From Bulleidia sp. (GTDB lineage: Bacteria > Bacillota_I > Bacilli_A > Erysipelotrichales > Erysipelotrichaceae), in the NCBI GenBank assembly GCA_045543875.1, contig JAZPXY010000070.1, positions 46,402 to 110,401 of the forward strand: a stretch of DNA of 64,000 bases, given 5' to 3'. Every line of letters starts with the position of its first letter. Position 1 is the stretch's first letter. Under the pieces are notes generated by a model, which was not told the DNA's origin, did no database searches, and saw only the letters and a program-made list of their open reading frames with translations. The position numbers were made by a program, and so were the translations under genes. This document shows positions 46,158 through 56,070 of the stretch, piece by piece.

Positions 46158-49100
46158 TTTTCTTCGCCTTTCTTGCGGCATCGATTACTTTGATTGCCAG
46201 ACTTATATTATCCTTCATTGCCGGCAGTTCGGCAATGATCGTTCCGTTTTTATAGCGGATCGTGATATCCCGGGACAGCTTGGTGAAGCTTTCAAACAGC
46301 CTGACGCCGTCCACATGCTGGGAGAACAGCGGCGAAAAAGTGATTTCAAATCCGCCTTTTACATCCCGGCAGCTCTGGACATTGGGATCGTTCAGCTTCA
46401 GATCAAGCTTCTTCTTCAAAAAGAGCGTATTGACTTCCGGCGGCAGTTTTCCGTACTGGTCAATGACATCATTCTGATACAGTTCCAGTTCATCTTCGGT
46501 TTCCGCCGCATCGATCTTCTGATACATTTCCAGCTTGTCATAGTCATTGCTGGTAAAGCCGGCCGGAATATAGCTGGTCTTCTGGACATTGACCTTCGGC
46601 TCCGGCAGATCCAGAACCAGCGGCTTGCCGGTCCGCTTTGATTCGATTGCCTCTTCCAGCATTTCGATATACATGTCAATGCCGACCGTATCAATAAAGC
46701 CGGACTGATCCGGACCGAGCAGATCACCGGCACCGCGGATGGTCAGATCGCGCATGGCAATCTTGTAGCCGCTGCCGAGTCTGGCGAATTCCTTGACTGC
46801 CTGCAGGCGTTTCTGGGCAATTTCACTCAGCTGCCGGCGCGGCGGCACCAGCAGATAGGCATAGGCAATGCGGTCACTGCGGCCGACTCTGCCCTTGATC
46901 TGATAGATCTGAGCCAGACCAAAATCCTGGGCATTGTCGATCAGGATCGTATTGACATTGGGAATATCAATGCCGTTTTCGACAATTGTCGTGCATACCA
47001 GCACATCCAGTTCGTGTGCCGTTACCTTCAGCATTGTATCTTCGATATCATTGCGGTCCATCTTGCCGTGAACTATACCGATTCTTGCGTCCGGCAGTGA
47101 TGCCTGCAGGGTGCGGGCCACATTGTAGATCTGTTCAATATTGTTGTAGACATAGAATACCTGTCCGTCTCTGGCCAGCTCCTTCTGAATGGCATCGATG
47201 ACCAGTCCCGGCTTCTTTTCCACAACATAGGTCTGTACGCTGTAGCGGTTCATCGGCGGTGTTTCCAGCTGTGACAAAGAACGGATGCCGACCAGACTCA
47301 TCTGCAGGGTGCGGGGAATCGGGGTGGCACTCAGTGACAGAACGTCAATGCCGTTCTTCAGTTCCTTGATTCGTTCCTTATGCTCAACGCCGAACCGCTG
47401 TTCTTCATCGACGATCAGCAGACCGAGGTCTTTGAATTTCACATCTTTGGAAAGCAGACGGTGGGTTCCGATCAGGATATCCACCTTTCCTTCCTTTACC
47501 TGCTTCAGGATCTGTTTCTGTTCCGAAGGCGGCACAAAGCGGTTCATGACCCGGATATTGACGGCATAGCCTTTATATCGGTCACAGAATGTCTTGTAAT
47601 GCTGGGAAGACAGGATCGTTGTCGGACAGAGAACAGCAACCTGCTTGCCGTCGGACACGGCCTTGAATGAGGCAATGACCGATACTTCTGTCTTTCCGAA
47701 ACCGACATCACCGCAGACCAGACGGTCCATCGGCTTGTCGCTTTCCATATCCTTCTTGATGTCTTCAACTGCCTTTTTCTGATCTTCTGTCAGTTCATGC
47801 GGAAAGGCAGCTTCAAACCGGCGGGTCATTTCCGTATCCGGCGAATAGGCATGGCCGATGTGCTGTTCACGGCTGGCATACAGGGAAAGGAGTCTGTCAG
47901 CGATGTCGGCAACATTATCCTGCAGTTTCTTTCTGGTTTTTTCCCAGTCACCGGATCCGAGCTTGTTCAGTCTCGGAACAACCCCTTCCCGGGATACAAA
48001 CTTGCGCACCAGGCGGAACTGTTCAAGCGGAACAAGCAGTTCGGCATTGCCGCGGTATACGATCTTCAGAAAATCACGCCGGATCTGATTGATGGTTCTG
48101 GTTTCAATGCCGACATACTGGCCGACGCCGTACTGGGCATGAACGATATAGTCACCGGGTTCCAGTTCATTGAAACTGTGAATGATCTCGGCATTACGGA
48201 ATTTGTTTTCATAGCGGCCGCTGTGGCGTCTGATTTCAAACAGTTCAGCAGCAGTATAGACATGAAAGTTCCGGGCCGGAATATGAAAGCCCTGCATCAG
48301 TTCGCCGTAGTACAGGCTGATGCCTTCCTTCACTTCATCTTCTTCGGAAAGAATTGTATATTCAATTCTGTTTTCAATGCAGGCATCGATGGTTCTGAGC
48401 ATTTCCTTTTCCGGCAGAACCAGGACATTGCGTTCACTTCTGTCGATCAGCTTCAGCCGCATGTCAAGGGTATCGGAGGGCAGATGGACTTCCTCAATGC
48501 CGGAGGTATTGTCGGCAAACGGATCTTCCTTCACCTGCTTAAATGGCTGCAGGACTCTTTCAAAATCATGCCAGAGCGTATATCTCGGCAGCATCTTTCC
48601 TTCCTGCACCATTTCCTGCACATAGGAAATCGTTTCTTCAGTAAAGGATCTGACTGCTTCCCTGATCAGCTGTTCATCGGAAAGGATGATCTGGGGATGA
48701 TCCATGTAATCCCAGATGCCGGCACTGCTTTCCGTCAGTGCCATGTACGGATACATGCGCTTTTCAAAGATATGGCTTTCCATCAGTGTCAGATCGCTTT
48801 CCGTATTTTCGGAAAGGATGGAATTGTTTTCTTTCTCCAGGATCGCTTCTGCCTTTGTGCGGATCTCGGCGATCTGTTCATCGCTGAAGAGCACATCACT
48901 GGCCGGAACGATTTCTGCTTTTTCAATGGTTTCAATCGTCTTCTGGGTGGCAACATCAAAGAAACGGATCGATTCGATCTCGGTATCAAAGAATTCAATG
49001 CGGACCGGATGCGGATAATTGATGGAAAAGACATCAACAATGCCGCCGCGGCTGGCATAGCAGAGCGGCTGATCAATATGTGCCGTTTCCTGATATCCGC

Positions 49101-49536
49101 CTGCCTGCAGCATTTTCCGCAGTTCGTACATGTCCATTTCCGCACCTGTCTGCAGTGAGATGCAGCCCTTCTGGAAATCAGCCGGGAACGGCAGAAAGCG
49201 CAGCAGTGCCGAAGGACATGTCACAATGACCTGGTGCGGATTCCTGAGCAGAGACGAAAGTGTCTCTACCTTGACGGCTGTCATCTGCGGAGACGAGGCA
49301 ATAGCCTCGACGCGCAGTGACTCATCCGCGCCGAAAAGCGCACATTCACTTTCCGGCAGGAGGGTCGACAGCCTGTCGTATAGGCGCTGTGCGTTATAAA
49401 GGTTCTGTTTGATGACCAGCATGGAACGCGGTTTCTGACGGTAGGATTCGGCAATGATCAGAGCTTCCGAAATCAGTGAAGACAGGCCGATATTCCGGTT
49501 TCCTGTCAGTGCTCTGACGGCCGGATTTTCCCGCAC
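46147..49536 (-). CDS. mfd: Transcription-repair coupling factor (true start may be 49581)
   Basis: RGGIVDVF, CarD-like PGDYIVHAQYGVG, DRLVCGDVGFGKTE, DEEQRFG, SATPIPRTL, QIKGRVGRS and RDLTIRGAG. Confidence 0.97.
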   Translation of the reverse strand: MRENPAVRALTGNRNIGLSSLISEALIIAESYRQKPRSMLVIKQNLYNAQRLYDRLSTLLPESECALFGADESLRVEAIASSPQMTAVKVETLSSLLRNPHQVIVTCPSALLRFLPFPADFQKGCISLQTGAEMDMYELRKMLQAGGYQETAHIDQPLCYASRGGIVDVFSINYPHPVRIEFFDTEIESIRFFDVATQKTIETIEKAEIVPASDVLFSDEQIAEIRTKAEAILEKENNSILSENTESDLTLMESHIFEKRMYPYMALTESSAGIWDYMDHPQIILSDEQLIREAVRSFTEETISYVQEMVQEGKMLPRYTLWHDFERVLQPFKQVKEDPFADNTSGIEEVHLPSDTLDMRLKLIDRSERNVLVLPEKEMLRTIDACIENRIEYTILSEEDEVKEGISLYYGELMQGFHIPARNFHVYTAAELFEIRRHSGRYENKFRNAEIIHSFNELEPGDYIVHAQYGVGQYVGIETRTINQIRRDFLKIVYRGNAELLVPLEQFRLVRKFVSREGVVPRLNKLGSGDWEKTRKKLQDNVADIADRLLSLYASREQHIGHAYSPDTEMTRRFEAAFPHELTEDQKKAVEDIKKDMESDKPMDRLVCGDVGFGKTEVSVIASFKAVSDGKQVAVLCPTTILSSQHYKTFCDRYKGYAVNIRVMNRFVPPSEQKQILKQVKEGKVDILIGTHRLLSKDVKFKDLGLLIVDEEQRFGVEHKERIKELKNGIDVLSLSATPIPRTLQMSLVGIRSLSQLETPPMNRYSVQTYVVEKKPGLVIDAIQKELARDGQVFYVYNNIEQIYNVARTLQASLPDARIGIVHGKMDRNDIEDTMLKVTAHELDVLVCTTIVENGIDIPNVNTILIDNAQDFGLAQIYQIKGRVGRSDRIAYAYLLVPPRRQLSEIAQKRLQAVKEFARLGSGYKIAMRDLTIRGAGDLLGPDQSGFIDTVGIDMYIEMLEEAIESKRTGKPLVLDLPEPKVNVQKTSYIPAGFTSNDYDKLEMYQKIDAAETEDELELYQNDVIDQYGKLPPEVNTLFLKKKLDLKLNDPNVQSCRDVKGGFEITFSPLFSQHVDGVRLFESFTKLSRDITIRYKNGTIIAELPAMKDNISLAIKVIDAARKAKKSEN

Positions 49537-49571
49537 TTCATTCTGCAGCCATGCCGGTATGCCTGTGCTGC

Positions 49572-50165
49572 TCAGAGTGATGGTTTTTCCTCCTTGATCT
49601 TGATGTTGTATTTTGACATGACATTGCTCATATCATCATAGACCCATGCGTATGCGGCTTCAGCCGCATCGGCAATGGCTTCCTCAAAGATCTGTTTTTC
49701 TGCTTTCGGAATCGGGGAAAGGACCCAGTCCGGAACCAGATCATGTTCACCGTGCCGGGAATGACCGACACCGATGCGGATCCTGGCAATGTCATCTGTG
49801 CCGAGGCACTGCAGGATCGACTTCATTCCCTTCTGGCCGCCGCTGCTCCCCTTTTTGCGGATGCGCACCGAGCCGGTGGGAAGATCCATGTCATCATGCA
49901 GGATCAGAATGTCTTCCGGTTCAATCTTATAGAAGCTGACAGCCTGTGATACGGCACTGCCGGAATTGTTCATATAGGTCAGCGGCTTCATCAGCAGCAC
50001 TGCCTGCCCTTCGATCCGGCATACCGCCGTCAGGGCATTCCATTTTTCGGTTGTGATGGAAACACCGGCTTTCCGGGCCAGACGATCAATGGCCATATAG
50101 CCGCTGTTGTGTCTGGTTTCGGCATATTCCCTGCCGGGATTTCCAAGTCCTGCAATCAGCTTCAT
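49572..50165 (-). CDS. pth: Peptidyl-tRNA hydrolase
   Basis: GLGNPG..Y.ETRHN.G, KPLTYMNNSG, HDDMDL and RIRIGVG. Confidence 0.97.
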   Translation of the reverse strand: MKLIAGLGNPGREYAETRHNSGYMAIDRLARKAGVSITTEKWNALTAVCRIEGQAVLLMKPLTYMNNSGSAVSQAVSFYKIEPEDILILHDDMDLPTGSVRIRKKGSSGGQKGMKSILQCLGTDDIARIRIGVGHSRHGEHDLVPDWVLSPIPKAEKQIFEEAIADAAEAAYAWVYDDMSNVMSKYNIKIKEEKPSL

Positions 50166-51019
50166 TCCTTCTCTTCTTCCTTTGTCTCTTCAGCTGCAGT
50201 TTCTTCATCAGCTGTTTCTTCAGCCGGTGCCGCTTCATTCATGTCGATGACTTCAGCATCTTCATCTTCCGGTTCTTCTGTTTCTGTTTCGACCTTCAGA
50301 TCAATGGCCTTGAGCCATCTCTGGCCAAGACCGGTATTGGCAAACTGCTGCAGCAGATCATTCAGTTCTTCATGTTCTGCCAGTGTGCCTTCTTCTTCAT
50401 AGTATTTTGCCAGCATGGCATTGGAAATCATCTTGTACAGGCCGATCAGACTCTTGGAGTATCTGAATTCACCGTAGTCTCCGTCCAGAAGCTTCTGGAA
50501 GAATCCGATTCCCCTGTCATTCTTTCTTTCGCAGAAATCCGTGCAGGCGGCACCAAGCCGGCAGACGATCTGATCTGCCAGTTTTTCATTATACGGGGCA
50601 GCTTTTTCCTGCAGGACCTTTACGCAGTCCAGGGCATCATTGCCGTAAAGCAGATTCGGAATGCCCATATAAATATAGAAGAAGGAATCTTCGTTTTCAC
50701 TGATGCTTACGCTGCCGTCACGATTGGGTCTGGTCAGATTGTCAATGTTCAGTTCGGCTGCAGTCTGGGCAAAGTCATCATATTCATGATGATAGGCTTT
50801 TCCCCACAGCTTGATGACTCTGGCCTTGTTTTCATAGACCGGATCACCGCAGGTTCTGATCATTTCATCGATCTGTTCAAAGAATTCATCACGGTGATTG
50901 ACATTGCTTACAATATTCACCAGCTGCTTGCCCTTGCCGTTCTGACGGGAAGCGCTGAACAGTCTGAAAAAGCTGTAGAACATAATCATAAAAAGTACAA
51001 TATTCAGAATATTACTCAT
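50162..51019 (-). CDS. Membrane-anchored helical hypothetical protein with an acidic tail
   Basis: N-terminal TM helix; ATGA overlap with pth. No family recognised. Confidence 0.75.
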   Translation of the reverse strand: MSNILNIVLFMIMFYSFFRLFSASRQNGKGKQLVNIVSNVNHRDEFFEQIDEMIRTCGDPVYENKARVIKLWGKAYHHEYDDFAQTAAELNIDNLTRPNRDGSVSISENEDSFFYIYMGIPNLLYGNDALDCVKVLQEKAAPYNEKLADQIVCRLGAACTDFCERKNDRGIGFFQKLLDGDYGEFRYSKSLIGLYKMISNAMLAKYYEEEGTLAEHEELNDLLQQFANTGLGQRWLKAIDLKVETETEEPEDEDAEVIDMNEAAPAEETADEETAAEETKEEEKE

Positions 51020-51125
51020 AGGATTCTCCTTTTCATGGCAATGGTATTATACATTACTTCCGATGTGATCATTGTTCATAATTTACATGTTTGTGATAGA
51101 ATGTTTGAAGTATCAGGTATTGAAT

Positions 51126-51989
51126 ATGGCGAACGATAAGACGAGAAATACAACAACAGATTATGATCCGATGCTCGATCTGACCGCAACCGGTGAAAGA
51201 ATCGATGTCAATCTGCTTAATACGGCAGCCCAGAGAAAGCTGCAGCCTTCAGGAAAGTTTTCCCTGAACAGCATCCTTCTTGCCCTGCTGGCTTTCAACT
51301 GTGTGCTTCTGGCCTTTGCCCTGCTTGTTCATGCCAATCCGCAGTGGGCAGCAGCCGCAGCTCCGACACCGGAGGTTACGGAAACGGTGACTACCGATCC
51401 GCTTCCGGCTGAACTGACGGATATCAACAGCATTACCTTCTTTGTTGATCCGACCCATTCGGTACCGGCTGACTATGTGCCGGCTGACCTTGAATCACCG
51501 TATGTCAGCAGCACCGGTGAAGTCATTCAGGTCCGCTCTGTTGTGGCAGCTGATCTCAAGGAAATGATCAATGCCGCAAATAATGCCGGTGCGCCGCTGA
51601 TTCTGACTGCCGGCTATATCTCCTTTGATACCCAGGGTGACTATTATTCCGACCGTGTTGCCATGGTTGGTGAAACCGAAGCTCTGAAGACAACGCCGAA
51701 GCCGGGATACAGTGAACATCAGACCGGTCTGGCAGTGGACTTCAGTGAATGGGATGACGGCACTTCGACAACAACTGCATTTGCCGAATCACCGGCCGGT
51801 CAGTGGCTGAAGCAGCATGCCCATGAATACGGCTTCATCATGAGATATCCGGAAGGAAAGGAAGAAATCACTTCCTACAGCTACCAGCCCTGGCATTACC
51901 GCTATGTCGGCAGAGATACGGCCAATGCCATGTATGCCATTGATCCGAATCTCACCTTTGAAGAGTATTTCAATACCAACAGACAGTAA
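51126..51989 (+). CDS. M15B-family carboxypeptidase-like protein, probably catalytically impaired
   Basis: PGYSEHQTGLAVD retained, but AGYIS replaces SGYRS and YQPWH replaces YEPWH. TM helix near the N-terminus. Confidence 0.85.
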   Translation: MANDKTRNTTTDYDPMLDLTATGERIDVNLLNTAAQRKLQPSGKFSLNSILLALLAFNCVLLAFALLVHANPQWAAAAAPTPEVTETVTTDPLPAELTDINSITFFVDPTHSVPADYVPADLESPYVSSTGEVIQVRSVVAADLKEMINAANNAGAPLILTAGYISFDTQGDYYSDRVAMVGETEALKTTPKPGYSEHQTGLAVDFSEWDDGTSTTTAFAESPAGQWLKQHAHEYGFIMRYPEGKEEITSYSYQPWHYRYVGRDTANAMYAIDPNLTFEEYFNTNRQ

Positions 51990-51991
51990 TT

Positions 51992-52024
51992 AAAAATCAG
52001 GAATGGTGATTCCTGATTTTTTTT
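51992..52024. terminator. Bidirectional terminator
   Basis: AAAAATCAGGAAT-GGTG-ATTCCTGATTTTTTTT between convergent genes. Confidence 0.85.
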
Positions 52025-53249
52025 ACTTTGCAAGCCGGGAAAGACGAATAGTGCTCAATACGGCAATGACCTGCATGGTGATGCACATCAGCAGCACTGT
52101 TGCATAGGTGCCGGTCAGGTCATACATGAATCCGAGCAGACCGACACTGAAGGCATTGGCACTGGAGCCGGCAAAGGACATCAGCGGATAGATGCGGGTA
52201 TACTGTTCCATTCCGAAGACCTTGCGGACAATGATCGATATTGCCGTTGAACTGTTGGCAAAGGTAAATCCGAAGACAAAGGATGAAACAGCCATGACCA
52301 GCGGCTGATGCACCGTCAGCATGACAATCATGGCAGCGGCACTGATCAGGGCGTAGGCACTGGTTGTTTTGAACGGCCCTGCCTTTTCACTGACAGCACC
52401 GTAGATCAGCTTGGAAACAATATTGGCAGCACTGGCAAAGGATACCATCAGGGCTCCGGATGCGGCTGACAGTCCGGCATCAGCTGCCAGCAGCGGCAGA
52501 TGCTGCATCAGGCCGGCAATGATATAGACCATAACCGTTACCAGCAGGGTCAGCACGACTTCTTCGCTGTGATGATCTATGTGCTCATTGCTCTGAACGA
52601 TGACTGCCTTGTCCGGATGTTCTTCCTTATATTTAATATAGGAATCATAGCCGTACGGCTTCATCTGAACCATGGCCGGCTTCAGCTTGATCGGATACAG
52701 CAGTGACGGCAGACAGAACACCAGCATGACAGCGGCAACGGCCAGATAGCCGAAGCGCCATCCTCTGGCATCAATGATATCTGTAAACATGCCGGAAAGC
52801 AGAACACCGGGCAGGCCGCTGAAGGACATGGCAATACTGACCATGACGCCGTTTTTTTCCAGGAACCACTGGTTGATGACGGCAGTTGCCAGTACGAAGC
52901 TGAGCAGTCCTGCCCCTGCCCCTCTGATGATGCTGCAGATATACAGCATGATCAGGTGACTGGCCGATGCCATCAGAACAGTGCCGCCGATACAGAGGGA
53001 AACACCGGCAATAATCAGCAGTTTCAGATTCTTTTCATTGCGCAGGATCCGGCTGATGAACAGTCCGGAAATGGCCGAAGCCATGGCCGCGATTGTATAG
53101 GTTGAAGATACCGACCCTTTTGATATTCCCAGATCGGAACTGATTGCATTGTAGAACAGTCCGGAAGTTCCCAGACAGATGCCTATGGAACATCCCACCA
53201 GACCGCAGACGGCAATCATTGTCATGACATAACGGAAATTCTTTTTCAT
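52023..53249 (-). CDS. MFS transporter
   Basis: 12 hydrophobic helices; INQWF..KNG and GAVSEKAG motif-A-like loops. Confidence 0.88.
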   Translation of the reverse strand: MKKNFRYVMTMIAVCGLVGCSIGICLGTSGLFYNAISSDLGISKGSVSSTYTIAAMASAISGLFISRILRNEKNLKLLIIAGVSLCIGGTVLMASASHLIMLYICSIIRGAGAGLLSFVLATAVINQWFLEKNGVMVSIAMSFSGLPGVLLSGMFTDIIDARGWRFGYLAVAAVMLVFCLPSLLYPIKLKPAMVQMKPYGYDSYIKYKEEHPDKAVIVQSNEHIDHHSEEVVLTLLVTVMVYIIAGLMQHLPLLAADAGLSAASGALMVSFASAANIVSKLIYGAVSEKAGPFKTTSAYALISAAAMIVMLTVHQPLVMAVSSFVFGFTFANSSTAISIIVRKVFGMEQYTRIYPLMSFAGSSANAFSVGLLGFMYDLTGTYATVLLMCITMQVIAVLSTIRLSRLAK

Positions 53250-53321
53250 ACGCTGTCCTTCCGTAAACAACAAACTATGTTATCACAAAAGTATTTCATT
53301 ATCCCTTTTTTGCTTTATTTA

Positions 53322-53350
53322 TTGACTTTTTCAGTGATTCCCTTTACTAT
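53322..53350 (+). promoter_or_regulatory. SigA promoter of rpmH
   Basis: TTGACT-17 nt-TACTAT. Confidence 0.75.
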
Positions 53351-53395
53351 TAACACGCGTTGTTTTCTTAATGTATAAATGTGGAGGTGGTAGTA

Positions 53396-53530
53396 ATGAA
53401 GAGAACATACCAGCCAAGCAAGAAAAAGACCAAGTCTACTCATGGCTTCAGAGCCCGTATGGCTACTGTGGGCGGACGCAAGGTCCTGGCCAGACGCCGT
53501 GCCAAGGGCAGAAAGGTATTATCTGCTTAA
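53396..53530 (+). CDS. rpmH: 50S ribosomal protein L34
   Basis: Not in the ORF track (44 aa). Manual translation [44 protein letters not shown]; GGAGGT SD. Confidence 0.97.
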   Translation: MKRTYQPSKKKTKSTHGFRARMATVGGRKVLARRRAKGRKVLSA

Positions 53531-53531
53531 G

Positions 53532-53554
53532 AGCCACCGACAGGTGGTTTTTTT
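53532..53554 (+). terminator. Terminator/attenuator between rpmH and rnpA
   Basis: AGCCACC-GACA-GGTGGTT-TTTTT. Confidence 0.65.
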
Positions 53555-53561
53555 AAATCCT

Positions 53562-53891
53562 ATGAAAAAGAAGAACCGTATAAAAAAGAAACAGGAATTC
53601 CAGAAACTGATCAATACCGGAAAAAAAGCAGCAAATCATTCCTTTGTGATGTATTTTCTGCCCAAGGCAGAAGCTGAGCCGAGAGTCGGTATTACCCTTT
53701 CCAGGAAGATCGGCAATGCCGTTGAAAGAAATCTGATCAAGCGTCAGGTCCGGATGATGTGTCAGGATCTGATTGATTTTGATCATTTTGCTTATGACTG
53801 CATTTTGATTGTCCGTTTCGGCTTTAAGGAACATGACTTTGAATCCAATAAAAATAACTTGGAAAAACTGCTCCGTAAAGCTACAATGTAA
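53562..53891 (+). CDS. rnpA: Ribonuclease P protein component
   Basis: RIKKKQEF, RVGITLSRKIGNAVERNLIKRQVR. Confidence 0.95.
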   Translation: MKKKNRIKKKQEFQKLINTGKKAANHSFVMYFLPKAEAEPRVGITLSRKIGNAVERNLIKRQVRMMCQDLIDFDHFAYDCILIVRFGFKEHDFESNKNNLEKLLRKATM

Positions 53892-53918
53892 TAGTTATTA
53901 TTAAAATAAGGAGACTTT

Positions 53919-54863
53919 ATGAAGCTTACCCCGCGCACAAAGAAACTGCTGACGTTATCGGCACTGGTTCTCGTTGTGGTATTTCTGACAGGCTGCCGTG
54001 TCCCGATGGATGAAAACAACCATGTCATCTATATCGCAAATGAGGCAGTTCCCGGTTCTGGATATACCTTCCGCACCAGTTTCAGTGAAGTATTCGCAAA
54101 TGAAAACTGGTTCATGGCTCTGTTTGTCTATCCGCTGTCATGGCTGATCAACCACCTGGCTCCGACAATCTCTGTCGGCGGCGCAATTGCTGTTGTTACC
54201 ATCACTGTCAACGGTCTTCTGGCTGCTCTGACACTGAAGTCTTCCATTGCCACCCAACAGATGCAGCTGATCCAGCCGGAAATGGAACGGATTCAGAGAA
54301 AATATGAAGGCCGTGAAGATGAAGCATCCAAGATGCGCATGGCACAGGAAACACAGGCTCTGTACAAGAAGTATGACATCAATCCGCTCAGTACCATCCT
54401 GGTAACATTCCTGCAGTTCCCGATCATCATGGCAATGTACATGTCCGTACATCGTTCCTGGGCTGTTCAGTCCGGTACATTCCTGGGCATGAACCTGCAG
54501 ACAACACCGCTGGACGGCATGAAAGTGCTTCTCAACGGCGATATGAGCGGTATTTCATATCTGCTGCTGTTCATCTTCATGGGCGCATGCCAGTTCCTGT
54601 CGATGAAGCTGCCGCAGATGATCCAGAAGAAGAAAGCTGAAGAGGAAGCCGCAAAGCATCACCGCAAGCCGGCTGAACCAAGCAACCAGAACCAGATGAT
54701 GCAGTTCTATATGGTCGGCATGATTCTTATCTTCGGTCTGATGTGGCCGGCTGCCATGTCCCTTTACTGGGCAATCAACTCTCTCGTCACCATTGCCAAA
54801 ACTCTGATTGTTCAGAATATTATTGACAAAAAACAGGCCGCAAGCGGTAAAGGAAGAAGGTAA
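53919..54863 (+). CDS. yidC: Membrane protein insertase YidC/SpoIIIJ
   Basis: Lipobox-like LTGC; IQPEMERIQRKY, LQFPIIMAMY and AAMSLYW. Confidence 0.93.
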   Translation: MKLTPRTKKLLTLSALVLVVVFLTGCRVPMDENNHVIYIANEAVPGSGYTFRTSFSEVFANENWFMALFVYPLSWLINHLAPTISVGGAIAVVTITVNGLLAALTLKSSIATQQMQLIQPEMERIQRKYEGREDEASKMRMAQETQALYKKYDINPLSTILVTFLQFPIIMAMYMSVHRSWAVQSGTFLGMNLQTTPLDGMKVLLNGDMSGISYLLLFIFMGACQFLSMKLPQMIQKKKAEEEAAKHHRKPAEPSNQNQMMQFYMVGMILIFGLMWPAAMSLYWAINSLVTIAKTLIVQNIIDKKQAASGKGRR

Positions 54864-54869
54864 TCACAG

Positions 54870-55499
54870 ATGAAAAACTATACAGCTAAAACACTGGAAG
54901 AACTGCTGGCCAATGCCGCTGCTGACAAGGGCGTTGCCGTAGAAGATCTGCAGTATACCGTTACAGAAGAAAAAGAAGGACTGCTGGGTATCGGCAAGTC
55001 TGTCAGCGCTGATGTCTTCTGCATGGATGATGTCAAAGAATTCCTGTTTGATTATCTCGGAAATTTCTTTACCAGCATTGATCAGGATATCGAAGTTGCC
55101 ATTGAAGAAAAGAGAGACAGCTTCATCGTCAATCTCAATGCCGACAACAATGCCGTGCTGATCGGCAAGATGGGCAAGACTCTGGCTGCCTTCAATACTG
55201 TTGTCAGAGCTGCTGTCAATTCTGAATTCAAGAAGAGAATTGATGTTCTTATCGACATCAACCACTATAAGGAAGACCGCTATGCCAAGCTGCGTTCCAT
55301 GGCAAAGAGAATTGCCAAGCAGGTCCAGAGATCAAAGATCGATGTTGAACTCGATCCGATGCCGAATGATGAAAGAAAGATCATTCACAAGACGCTGAAT
55401 GAATGGCATAACATCCGCACTGAATCGGAAGGCGAAGCAGCAAACCGTCATGTATGCATCCGCTATGTCAATGACAGCCCGGCGGAAGCTGCTGAATAA
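54870..55499 (+). CDS. jag: Jag/EloR/KhpB RNA-binding protein
   Basis: Jag N-terminus, KH LIGKMGKTL and R3H PMPNDERKIIH...SEG. Confidence 0.92.
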   Translation: MKNYTAKTLEELLANAAADKGVAVEDLQYTVTEEKEGLLGIGKSVSADVFCMDDVKEFLFDYLGNFFTSIDQDIEVAIEEKRDSFIVNLNADNNAVLIGKMGKTLAAFNTVVRAAVNSEFKKRIDVLIDINHYKEDRYAKLRSMAKRIAKQVQRSKIDVELDPMPNDERKIIHKTLNEWHNIRTESEGEAANRHVCIRYVNDSPAEAAE

Positions 55500-55512
55500 T
55501 CTGCATATTCTT

Positions 55513-55543
55513 AACTGCATATGAAACAATATGCAGTTTTTTT
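55513..55543 (+). terminator. Terminator after jag
   Basis: AACTGCATAT-GAAACA-ATATGCAGTT-TTTTT. Confidence 0.8.
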
Positions 55544-55619
55544 ATCTGTGCAGACTGCCGGATGAGACATCTGAAAACACGGAAGAAAGAATCAGATACA
55601 TCTATTCAGATCATATGTA

Positions 55620-56012
55620 TGTGGAAAATCATCTGTTCATTTTTTTTGTTGAAAAAGTGACCTGTTTCACATGCTAATTTTTCACATGCATGATTCTTTT
55701 TTCCACTTATTATTCACAATAAAAAAATATATGTTTTCCACAATTGTTGAAAACTGTTGAAAATTAAAAATATCCTTTAAATTAAAGGATTTTCGGATGT
55801 TTATAAGATGTTTGTTACATCTTTTCATTTTCTTGTTTTCAACATTTTCCAGACTTTTCAACAGTGGATTACTATTTCCACATTTTATCCACTTCCGAAA
55901 GTTGTTGATAATTGTGGAAAACTGATATAAGCCTTTATTTTTCGGCATTTTAGAAAGATATATAGTATGTGGATAAAAAAGTTATCAACATTTTACCTAT
56001 AGATTTTCCACT
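55620..56012. other. oriC, upstream DnaA-box cluster / dnaA regulatory region
   Basis: AT-rich. TTWTNCACA boxes at 55620(rc), 55710, 55734, 55913(rc) and 55968(rc, perfect TGTGGATAA), plus seven TTWTCAACA variants. Confidence 0.85.
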
Positions 56013-56070
56013 GTTACCTCTTTAAAATTAGATTTGCATCAATGTGTATTAGTTAGGAGTTTTGCGTAAC

